Source: Christensenella sp. UBA3217
GTDB lineage: Bacteria; Bacillota; Clostridia; Christensenellales; CAG-1252
Direction: 5' to 3'
Length of the DNA stretch: 64,000 bases
NCBI GenBank assembly: GCA_002363545.1
Contig: DEWF01000001.1
Location: forward strand, 173,460-237,459
Numbering within the stretch: the stretch's first letter is position 1; the number at the start of each line of letters is the position of its first letter. This document shows positions 1 through 9,069 of this stretch, one piece after another. The position numbers and the translations under genes are program-made. The notes beneath the pieces were generated by a model. It was not told where the DNA came from. It searched no databases and saw only the letters and a list, made by a program, of their open reading frames with translations.

Positions 1-15
1 GGCTATAATAGTGCC

Positions 16-429
16 ATGGAGTTTATTGCAAAAACGCGCGAAGATACCATTGAGGTGGCAAAAGAGTTTGCAACGAAACTGCAAGGCGGTGACGTTGTTC
101 TCTTGTCGGGTGAACTTGGGGCAGGAAAAACCACGTTTACCAAGGGTATTGCTCTTGCTCTTGGGGTGACTGAGCCTGTCACTTCTCCCACATTTACCAT
201 CATTAAGGAGTATCAAGGTAAAGAACTTTCGCTTTATCATATGGATATGTATCGCCTTTCCGGGGATCTTACCGAACTTGGTTTGGAAGAGTATCTTGGA
301 AAAAAGGACGGTGTTTGTGTGATAGAGTGGTGTGCGGTTGAGGAGATACATGCTCGCGTGTTTGAAATATCGCTTGCTTACTGCAAAGAGGGCAGACGCA
401 TTATCATCAGAGAGGAAGAACGCGCATAG
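16..429 (+). CDS. tsaE: tRNA threonylcarbamoyladenosine biosynthesis ATPase TsaE
   Basis: GELGAGKTT Walker A, VTSPTF, YHMDMYRL and VIEW motifs; TATAAT at 4-9 six nt before the ATG, no SD. Confidence 0.95.
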   Translation: MEFIAKTREDTIEVAKEFATKLQGGDVVLLSGELGAGKTTFTKGIALALGVTEPVTSPTFTIIKEYQGKELSLYHMDMYRLSGDLTELGLEEYLGKKDGVCVIEWCAVEEIHARVFEISLAYCKEGRRIIIREEERA

Positions 430-438
430 GAGATTACC

Positions 439-1041
439 GTGAAAGGATTGATCATAGATACCACGTTAAAATGCGGATACGTTGCGGTGTTTAACGGCGA
501 AAGCAAAGCCGTTTCCTTTTTGGATACTTCTTTGTCTACCCAATCCTCATTGATAGGCGCGTGTAAAACCGCAATGGCGCAAGTTGGGCTGGAAAACGAT
601 GACTTGGAAGGCATTGCTGCCGTGGTGGGCCCAGGCTCTTTTACCGGTATTCGAATTGGCGTGACTTTTGCAAACGCAATGGGGTTTGCGCTTTCTATTC
701 CTCGATATTCCTTTACTTCTTTTGAGTTGATGCAGGTTGCTTATCCGAACGCAAGCGCGTATTGGTTGGATGCGGGGCATGGTAGCGCATATACCGCCTT
801 TCCCGTAAATGGATATTTGGAAGAGAAAAACGTGGAGCAATCGGATCTTCCAGAAGGAGCGGTAGAACAATCCGCTCTCTTGGATAAATTGCCGCAAGCC
901 GCACTTCTTCTTGTCGAAAAAGCAATGGAACAAAGAGCGTTCTCCGCCTGTATGCCAACTGCGGAACGTGAATATTTGAAACCGAATTATATGAGAAAAT
1001 CGCAAGCGGAACGCGTAAAGGAACAAAAGCAATGTCAATAA
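439..1041 (+). CDS. tsaB: tRNA threonylcarbamoyladenosine biosynthesis protein TsaB
   Basis: IDTT start, GPGSFTGIRIG motif, C-terminal P-N-Y-M-R-K-S-Q-A-E; follows tsaE. Confidence 0.93.
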   Translation: MKGLIIDTTLKCGYVAVFNGESKAVSFLDTSLSTQSSLIGACKTAMAQVGLENDDLEGIAAVVGPGSFTGIRIGVTFANAMGFALSIPRYSFTSFELMQVAYPNASAYWLDAGHGSAYTAFPVNGYLEEKNVEQSDLPEGAVEQSALLDKLPQAALLLVEKAMEQRAFSACMPTAEREYLKPNYMRKSQAERVKEQKQCQ

Positions 1042-1475
1042 AGATCGCTATTCGCAGAGGGGAAGAGGCGGATGCTCCCGCGATAGCCATGATCGAGGCC
1101 ATGTCTTTTAAAACACCTTGGTCAACCGAAATGGTACTTTCCGAGATGAAGGAAGCCATTTCCTCTTTTTTTGTAGTGGAATATCAAGATAAAATCATTG
1201 GATATTACGGTTTTTTACACATTCTGGATGAGCTGCATATATTAAATGTGGCGGTCGATCCGGATCATCGGCGACAGGGCGTTGGAAGACAATTGATGGC
1301 TCACCTTGTGGAGCAGGCGCGGGCATTATCCGCAAGAGCGATCACGCTTGAAGTCAGAGAAAGCAATCTTACAGCGATCCGTCTTTATGAACGTGCCGGT
1401 TTTCAGCTGGCAGGGGTGCGGCCGCATTACTATACGGATAAAGAAAACGCACTCATATATTGGTTAGAGTTATAA
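1032..1475 (+). CDS. rimI: ribosomal-protein-alanine N-acetyltransferase RimI
   Basis: GNAT fold: ILNVAV..RRQGVG, LEVRESN, A..LY...GF, R..YY; usual tsaE-tsaB-rimI order. Confidence 0.92.
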   Translation: MSIKIAIRRGEEADAPAIAMIEAMSFKTPWSTEMVLSEMKEAISSFFVVEYQDKIIGYYGFLHILDELHILNVAVDPDHRRQGVGRQLMAHLVEQARALSARAITLEVRESNLTAIRLYERAGFQLAGVRPHYYTDKENALIYWLEL

Positions 1476-1485
1476 GGAGGCTCCT

Positions 1486-2175
1486 ATCAATTACCTTGAT
1501 TACGGAAAAGGCAAGTGCCTTATCTTTTTGCACGGTTGGGGCGGGGAAATAGCCTCATTTAAGGGACTTGCCGACAGACTTTGCAGGTATTTCCGCGTGA
1601 TTTTAATTGATTTATACGGCTTTGGATCGAGCCCTCATCCCGATTATCCTTTAACGATAGAGGACTATGCCGAGGGCGTTCGTCAACTAATACGAGAAAG
1701 AGGCGTGGAAAGCGCCGTGATCGTTGGTCATTCCTTTGGTGGGCGTGTGGCAATGCGTTTGGCAAAGGACGAATTTGTGAGTGGGCTCGTGTTATTAGAC
1801 AGCGCCGGTATCATTCCGCGAAGAGGACCTCGCTATTACTTTAAGGTTTTTTCCTACAAAATAGGAAAGAAACTACATTGGAAATGGCTGCCAAAAGGGA
1901 GTGTAGATTACGAAAAACTGAGCGGCGCAATGAAAAAAACTTTCGTGAACGTTGTAAACGAAAGCAGCGAAAAGGACGCAAAAGCCATCACTGTACCCAC
2001 ACTTTTAATATGGGGGAGCGAGGATAGAGCCACCCCTCTTTACATGTGCAAAAAACTCAATAAACTCATTCAAGGCAGCAAAAAAATCGTGCTTGAAAAG
2101 GCGGGCCATTTTGCTTATTTGGAACATTCCGGTTATGTTTTTCTTGTGTTAAAAGCCTTTCGAGAGGGAGTATGA
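1486..2175 (+). CDS. alpha/beta hydrolase (probable ATC start at 1486; ORF track starts at TTG 1528)
   Basis: LHGWGG, DLYGFG, GHSFGG nucleophile elbow, WGSED, GH; frame is open back to a stop at 1465-1467 and AAGGAGG at 1474-1480 precedes ATC 1486. Confidence 0.88.
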   Translation: MNYLDYGKGKCLIFLHGWGGEIASFKGLADRLCRYFRVILIDLYGFGSSPHPDYPLTIEDYAEGVRQLIRERGVESAVIVGHSFGGRVAMRLAKDEFVSGLVLLDSAGIIPRRGPRYYFKVFSYKIGKKLHWKWLPKGSVDYEKLSGAMKKTFVNVVNESSEKDAKAITVPTLLIWGSEDRATPLYMCKKLNKLIQGSKKIVLEKAGHFAYLEHSGYVFLVLKAFREGV

Positions 2176-3704
2176 TCTCTTTTTATCTTCTATCGATCGG
2201 GATCTTTTATTTGATCTCATTGCCTTTTGCATCTCTTTTTCAAGGGAGCGGTTATCGAATGGACGAATATCTTTGTCGAGCCAAAAGAAAGATAACGTTT
2301 TGCCTTGTTTCCTTTTTATTGATGGGGGTGGGGGGCTTTTCCCTTACTTTTGTACACTCGAGGGCCCTTTATCTTACTCTCCTGATCGCACTTTTTGCGC
2401 TTAGCGGCTTGTTGGCTTGGGGACTATATGAAAAAATGCACATGAGCATGAATTACACGAACAGGCTCATGCGGTTTCTCGTGCTGAATACGGCTTTATA
2501 CACGCTTTTGTTCTTTGCTTTTATCTTTACCAAGCATCTTGCCCTTTGGTGTGCAACACCTTTTCTTGCGCCTGTTTGCCTTTTGCTTTCGGCGGTAGTT
2601 TCAAATCCTTTGGAAAAACGCAATAACCGTCATTACTTGTTAAAAGCTAAAGAAAGGCTGAGAGAAATGCCGGCCATAAAGATAGGAATAACGGGAAGTT
2701 ATGCAAAAACAAGCGTCAAAAATGCGTTGACGCACTTTCTTTCTCAAAAATATAAAACGCTCGTCACTCCTGCAAATTACAATACCCCTTTGGGGATCGC
2801 AAAAACCTTGCAGGAAGCCACGGGAAATGAGGAAATCTGTGTGTTTGAGATGGGGGCACGGCGAAAGGGGGATATCCGAGAATTATGCGAGATGATCTCG
2901 CCCACGGTGGGAGTTTTAACCGGGATCGCGCCGCAACACCTGGAAACCTTCGGGTCGCAAGAAGTGCTTTTGAAAGAAAAGGGAGAATTAGCGCGTTTCG
3001 TGCCGTCAAACGACATGGTGTTTTATAACTTGACAGATCCGCTCGTTAGCACTCTTTATAGGGAAAGAATAGGGAAAAAGATAGGTGTGGGATTCGTTGA
3101 AGGAGAGTATTTGATACAACAGGTGGAGATCACTTCGGGGGGTTCTTCCTTTTCTCTTGTTCATGGGAAAGACCGTTTGCGTATCAGTCTGAAAAGCGTG
3201 GGGAAAGCCTGCGTGATCAACGTTGCACTGGCGGCCGCTATCGCTCTTGAACTCGGCGTTCCTGCCAATCGTATAGAAGAGTCGGCAAGAGAATTGACGG
3301 GCGCTCCGCATCGTTTTGAGGTGATGGAAAGCGGGGGCGTGACCGTGATAGACGATAGTTATAATATCAATCCGATCGGAGCTGCCGTGGCGCTCGATAC
3401 CCTCTGCTATTTCGGAGAAGGAAGAAAAGTTGTTTACTGTTCGGGAATGGTAGAGCTTGGGAAAGAGGAAGAAAAATGCAATTTGGAATTGGGCAAAAAG
3501 ATCGCGGAATGTTGCTCACTTGCCATTGTTGCGGAAGGTCGTTACGGTGATATGGTGGAGCGCGGTATCAAAAGGGCAAATTGTGCGTGTAAGATCATGC
3601 GGGTAAAAAACACGGAGGAAGCCTCTTTGCTCTTTAAAAAGGTGTTGAAACGCGGAGATGTGCTTTTGATCATGAGCGATCTTCCTCGTGATTATTTGGT
3701 ATAA
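2172..3704 (+). CDS. murF: MurF-family Mur ligase with N-terminal multi-pass membrane domain
   Basis: GITGSYAKTS, NYNTPLG, FEMGA, QHLETF, HRFE, IDDSYNINP, GMVELG; first ~145 aa hydrophobic. Confidence 0.85.
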   Translation: MISFYLLSIGIFYLISLPFASLFQGSGYRMDEYLCRAKRKITFCLVSFLLMGVGGFSLTFVHSRALYLTLLIALFALSGLLAWGLYEKMHMSMNYTNRLMRFLVLNTALYTLLFFAFIFTKHLALWCATPFLAPVCLLLSAVVSNPLEKRNNRHYLLKAKERLREMPAIKIGITGSYAKTSVKNALTHFLSQKYKTLVTPANYNTPLGIAKTLQEATGNEEICVFEMGARRKGDIRELCEMISPTVGVLTGIAPQHLETFGSQEVLLKEKGELARFVPSNDMVFYNLTDPLVSTLYRERIGKKIGVGFVEGEYLIQQVEITSGGSSFSLVHGKDRLRISLKSVGKACVINVALAAAIALELGVPANRIEESARELTGAPHRFEVMESGGVTVIDDSYNINPIGAAVALDTLCYFGEGRKVVYCSGMVELGKEEEKCNLELGKKIAECCSLAIVAEGRYGDMVERGIKRANCACKIMRVKNTEEASLLFKKVLKRGDVLLIMSDLPRDYLV

Positions 3705-3713
3705 GGAGAGGTT

Positions 3714-4775
3714 ATGAAAATAGGAGTTTTATTTGGCGGAAGGAGTTATGAACACGATATTTCCATCATTACGGCTGTGCAAGCGGCGTGTTGTTTGCAA
3801 GAAAGCGCGGAAGTATACCCTCTTTATGCCTGCAAAGGGCGTTTTTATCTTATTACAGGAAAGTTTGAAATAAAAAGCTTTGCGGATAAATCGGTAAAAA
3901 AGAAGGAAGTGTGCTTTGAAAAAAGTGGTATTCGTTTGGGCCGAAGGAGTATAACGCTGGACTGTATGCTGATGTGTTGCCATGGTGGTGAAGGGGAAAA
4001 CGGAACCTTTTCCGCCTTGATGGAAGTATACGATATCCCCTATACATCGTGCGGTGTGCTTGCATCTGCGCAAACCATGGATAAACGCATGACAAAACTG
4101 CTTTGCGAACGCTTTCTGATCGATACGCCGGCGTATGTTTTCGGGCATCGCGGAGAGGATGTGCCGCAAAGGGCAAAATCGTTATCCTATCCCTTGATCG
4201 TAAAGCCTGCGCGACTTGGCTCCAGCATTGGGATCGATATCGCACATAACGAGGAAGAATTGATCCGCGCGGTGGGCGTTGCTTTTTCGTTTGATCAAGA
4301 TGTGTTGGTGGAGCAGGTGATAGAGAATGCCACAGAACTCAATTGCGCGGCATTTTATGAAAAGGGCAATATCATCGTGGGCGGAGTGGAGAACCCTCGT
4401 TCTTGGCATGAGTTTTTGACTTTTGAGGAGAAGTACCAAGGGGGAAAATACAAAACGGGCGGGAATAAGATCGTCACGGGAGAATTGGCGGAAAGAGTAC
4501 GCGCGCTAACCGAAAAAATATACAAAGCCTTTGAATTGTTTGGCATCGTGCGCATTGATTATCTGTATTGCGAAAAAACGGACACCTTGTATTTGAATGA
4601 AGTGAACTCCCAGCCCGGCTCGCTTGCTTATTATTTGTTTGAGGAAGTTGGGATCGATTTCTCAGACCTTCTTTTAAGGGTGACAGAGGAAGCAAAAAGC
4701 CGCTCCTCTCAAAATGATATAATCATTTTTAATAGCGGGGTTTTAGATAATCTATCCGTTTTTGATCGAAAATGA
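3714..4775 (+). CDS. ddl: D-alanine--D-alanine ligase family protein
   Basis: FGGRSYEHDIS, HGGEGENG, MDK, VKPARLGSSIG, RIDY, LNEVNSQPG. Confidence 0.92.
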   Translation: MKIGVLFGGRSYEHDISIITAVQAACCLQESAEVYPLYACKGRFYLITGKFEIKSFADKSVKKKEVCFEKSGIRLGRRSITLDCMLMCCHGGEGENGTFSALMEVYDIPYTSCGVLASAQTMDKRMTKLLCERFLIDTPAYVFGHRGEDVPQRAKSLSYPLIVKPARLGSSIGIDIAHNEEELIRAVGVAFSFDQDVLVEQVIENATELNCAAFYEKGNIIVGGVENPRSWHEFLTFEEKYQGGKYKTGGNKIVTGELAERVRALTEKIYKAFELFGIVRIDYLYCEKTDTLYLNEVNSQPGSLAYYLFEEVGIDFSDLLLRVTEEAKSRSSQNDIIIFNSGVLDNLSVFDRK

Positions 4776-4840
4776 CTTTCGATCTGTTGCAAAACGGGTG
4801 GTTTCGGTGATAAAATACAAGTACGTAATAGGAGAATGCC

Positions 4841-6055
4841 ATGGACAAGATTAAGATGCTGACACCCATCGTAGAATTAGACGGCGACGAGATGACTCGC
4901 GTTGTTTGGCAGTGGATCAAAGAGATTGTGATCTCTCCTTTTGTAGATTTAAAATCCGAATACTACGATCTTTCTTTACCCAATCGTGAAGCAACCAAAG
5001 ATCAGGTAACCAAGGATGCCGCCGCAGCAATAGACAAGCTGGGTGTTGGCGTGAAGTGTGCCACCATTACTCCCAATGCGCAACGCATGACGGAGTATTC
5101 TTTGACTTCCATGTGGAAAAGTCCGAACGGCACCATTCGCGCTGCATTGGACGGTACTGTTTTCAGAGAGCCCATTATGGTGAAGGGGATCTCCCCGCTC
5201 GTTCCCGGATGGACAAGCCCCATCATCATTGCCCGTCACGCATACGGTGACGTGTATAAGGACGTGGAAGCCATTTGCCCCAAGGGGAGCAAAGCAGAGC
5301 TTGTGATCACCGCGAATGGGGAAGAAAAGAGAGTTTTGATAGCGGATTATCAAAAGTCTGCGGGCATTGCGCTGGGTATGCATAACTTGGATAGCAGTAT
5401 TCGCAGTTTTGCAAAGAGTTGCTTTAATTATGCGCTCAGCAAAAAGCAGGATCTTTGGTTCTCTTCCAAAGATACGATCAGCGCCACTTACGATCACCGT
5501 TTCAAGGATATTTTCCAAGAAGAATACGATGAAAATTACAAGGCGGCATTCGAAGCTGCGGGCATTACTTATTTCTATACTTTGATCGATGACGCCGTTG
5601 CCCGTGTGATGCGTAGCAAAGGCGGCTTTATTTGGGCTTGCAAAAACTATGATGGGGACGTGATGAGTGATATGCTTGCTACTGCATTCGGCTCGCTTGC
5701 CATGATGACTTCCGTTTTGGTTTCTCCCACCGGCAAATACGAGTACGAAGCGGCGCACGGTACCGTTACCCGCCATTATTACAGGCATTTGAAAGGGGAG
5801 CAAACGGGAACCAACCCCATTGCCACGCTTTTTGCTTGGTCGGGTGCTCTTCGTAAACGCGGAGAGTTGGATCAGCTTCCTGCATTGTGTTCTTATGCGG
5901 ACGCACTTGAAAAAGCCACCATCGACACGGTAGAAGAAGGGTATATGACAGGAGATCTGAAAGCGATCTTCCACAAAGAGGGTGTGGAGCCCGTTGCCCT
6001 CACAACACAGGAATTCTTGCACAAAATAGCGGATAAACTCGCAACAGTTTTATAA
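4841..6055 (+). CDS. icd: NADP-dependent isocitrate dehydrogenase (eukaryote-like subfamily)
   Basis: DGDEMTR, KCATITP, WKSPNGTIR, NYDGDVMSD, EAAHGTVTRH. Confidence 0.96.
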   Translation: MDKIKMLTPIVELDGDEMTRVVWQWIKEIVISPFVDLKSEYYDLSLPNREATKDQVTKDAAAAIDKLGVGVKCATITPNAQRMTEYSLTSMWKSPNGTIRAALDGTVFREPIMVKGISPLVPGWTSPIIIARHAYGDVYKDVEAICPKGSKAELVITANGEEKRVLIADYQKSAGIALGMHNLDSSIRSFAKSCFNYALSKKQDLWFSSKDTISATYDHRFKDIFQEEYDENYKAAFEAAGITYFYTLIDDAVARVMRSKGGFIWACKNYDGDVMSDMLATAFGSLAMMTSVLVSPTGKYEYEAAHGTVTRHYYRHLKGEQTGTNPIATLFAWSGALRKRGELDQLPALCSYADALEKATIDTVEEGYMTGDLKAIFHKEGVEPVALTTQEFLHKIADKLATVL

Positions 6056-6075
6056 GGTATTTTGGCAAAAAATAA

Positions 6076-7428
<1,353 letters not shown>

Positions 7429-7451
7429 TCATTTAGCGTTTCACAAATAAT

Positions 7452-7517
7452 AGTCCCTCGATCCCTTTTCATACTGCTAAATACAGTATTAAAAGGACCG
7501 GATCGAGGGACTTTTTT
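7452..7517 (+). terminator. long intrinsic terminator after gdhA
   Basis: AGTCCCTCGATCC/GGATCGAGGGACT 13-bp stem with inner CTTTT/AAAAG and ATACTG/CAGTAT pairing, then T-tract. Confidence 0.85.
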
Positions 7518-7573
7518 GTATGCGAAAACCACCGGATAGTCCGGTGGTTCAAAAGAGGTTTACCGATGAGAGG

Positions 7574-7639
7574 AAAATTTCCTCCTGTGTTAAAATGGAT
7601 TTGTAGCCTAACTTCCATAAAAACACAGGAGGAAATTTT
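7574..7639 (+). promoter_or_regulatory. hairpin sequestering the tnpA ribosome-binding site
   Basis: AAAATTTCCTCCTGTGTT (7574-7591) pairs perfectly over 18 bp with AACACAGGAGGAAATTTT (7622-7639), covering the AGGAGG SD up to the ATG. Confidence 0.85.
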
Positions 7640-8095
7640 ATGAATAATGACACAAACAGTTTAGCAGACACGACGTGGAATTGCAAATATCATATAGTTT
7701 TTGCACCGAAGTATAGAAGAAAAGTGTTCTTTGGACAAAAGCGACTTGAAATAGGTGCAATTCTACGTTCGTTGTGTGAATGGAAAAATGTGGAAATTAT
7801 AGAGGCAGAAGTATGCCCGGATCATGTGCATATGTTGGTCTCAATACCACCCAAACTCAGCGTGAGCGGATTTTTGGGGTACTTAAAAGGGAAGAGCAGT
7901 GTCCTTATATACCAGAAATACGCGAACATGAAGTTCAAATACAGAAACAGAGAATTTTGGTGTAGAGGGTATTATGTAGATACCGTAGGAAAGAACAAAA
8001 AAGCGATAGCGGAATACATCGCGAATCAGTTGAAAGAAGATAAAGAGATGGAACAAATGACGGTGTTTGAAATAACAGACCCGTTCAAGAAGTAG
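7640..8095 (+). CDS. tnpA: IS200/IS605-family Y1 HUH transposase TnpA
   Basis: YHIVFAPKYRR, DHVH (HUH), LKGKSS, FWCRGYY, catalytic YIANQ. Confidence 0.96.
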   Translation: MNNDTNSLADTTWNCKYHIVFAPKYRRKVFFGQKRLEIGAILRSLCEWKNVEIIEAEVCPDHVHMLVSIPPKLSVSGFLGYLKGKSSVLIYQKYANMKFKYRNREFWCRGYYVDTVGKNKKAIAEYIANQLKEDKEMEQMTVFEITDPFKK

Positions 8096-8244
8096 TCTCG
8101 ATTCGCGATAGGCAAGTTAGGCTACAGCACGATTTCGTGCCGCCTATGAAGGAGGGTTTTACCCGTTATATGAAAAACCACCAGGTGCACTGGTGGATTT
8201 TTATTATTCCTCACCTTTTTCCTTATGAAATAATACAGTATAGT

Positions 8245-9069
8245 ATGGATTATTCGGAGTTTGAGGAAAGAATAAAGAACGTTAGCGCTTTTTCGGAAGT
8301 ATTTATTGTGGGGTACAGTTTGCTATCCCAACCTATTTATGCCGCACATGTGGGAAGTTATACCGGAAAACAGCTTATCGTACAGTCCGCGATCCATGCA
8401 CGAGAATACGTAACGGGATTACTTGGGGTGGAGCTTACTGAATACTATGCTGGGTTTTCCTTTGCGGGTGGAATATATTTTATATATAATTCCAACCCCG
8501 ATGGGATCCGCTTGGTTTTAGATGGCAGTAGTTGGGTAGGTTGTCAAAAATTGCGTGATTATTTATTGTCGGTAAACGGCAGCTTGGATTTTTCTCTTTA
8601 CAAAGCGAATGCAAACGCGGTTGATCTGAATACGAATTTCGACGCCAAGTGGGGCGGTGGTGCACAAAACGTTCGCTGTCCTGCGTCGGAGAGTTTTATA
8701 GGATATTATCCCATGAGCGAGCGTGAGGTCAACGCACTTGCATCTTTTACGAATACGGTCAAACCGTATGCTACTATCTCCTATCATACGAAAGGACAGG
8801 TGATCTATTACGGGTTCGACGGACAAAATGAAAATAGCCTCGCACGGGACGATGCTATTGCATATCGCTTATCTGCCGTCACAGGGTATACTCCTGTTTT
8901 AACGGCACAGAGCACCGGCGGCTATAAAGATTGGTGTATTGAAAAGTTTGATATACCTTCCTTTACCATCGAAGTGGGGGGCGCATCCTTAGCACACCCG
9001 ATAGGGGAGAACGCGCTTCCCACATTGTTTGAACAAAACAGGAACGTGCCTTTAACACTTTTGGAATGA
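8245..9069 (+). CDS. M14-family zinc carboxypeptidase (gamma-D-Glu-meso-DAP peptidase-like)
   Basis: IHAREY, NPDG, ANANAVDLNTNF, SYHTKG, GGYKDW, FTIE; start moved to ATG 8245 because the upstream extension lies in the IS end. Confidence 0.8.
   Translation: MDYSEFEERIKNVSAFSEVFIVGYSLLSQPIYAAHVGSYTGKQLIVQSAIHAREYVTGLLGVELTEYYAGFSFAGGIYFIYNSNPDGIRLVLDGSSWVGCQKLRDYLLSVNGSLDFSLYKANANAVDLNTNFDAKWGGGAQNVRCPASESFIGYYPMSEREVNALASFTNTVKPYATISYHTKGQVIYYGFDGQNENSLARDDAIAYRLSAVTGYTPVLTAQSTGGYKDWCIEKFDIPSFTIEVGGASLAHPIGENALPTLFEQNRNVPLTLLE

Larger units (their letters stand above)
7520..8203 (+). mobile_element. IS200-type insertion sequence (tnpA only, no tnpB); ends approximate
   Basis: Subterminal hairpins AACCACCGGA-TAG-TCCGGTGGTT (7527-7549) and CCACCAG-GTGCA-CTGGTGG (8178-8196) flank a Y1 transposase; no terminal inverted repeats. 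Confidence 0.88.

Noticed and set aside
3714-4775. Ddl as a D-Ala-D-Lac (vancomycin-resistance) ligase
   Set aside because: Omega loop ends EEKY, keeping the Tyr typical of D-Ala-D-Ala ligases; no vanH/vanX/vanR genes nearby
8137-8244. N-terminal extension of the M14 peptidase ORF
   Set aside because: Lies within the IS200 right end; homologous-looking sequence starts at ATG 8245
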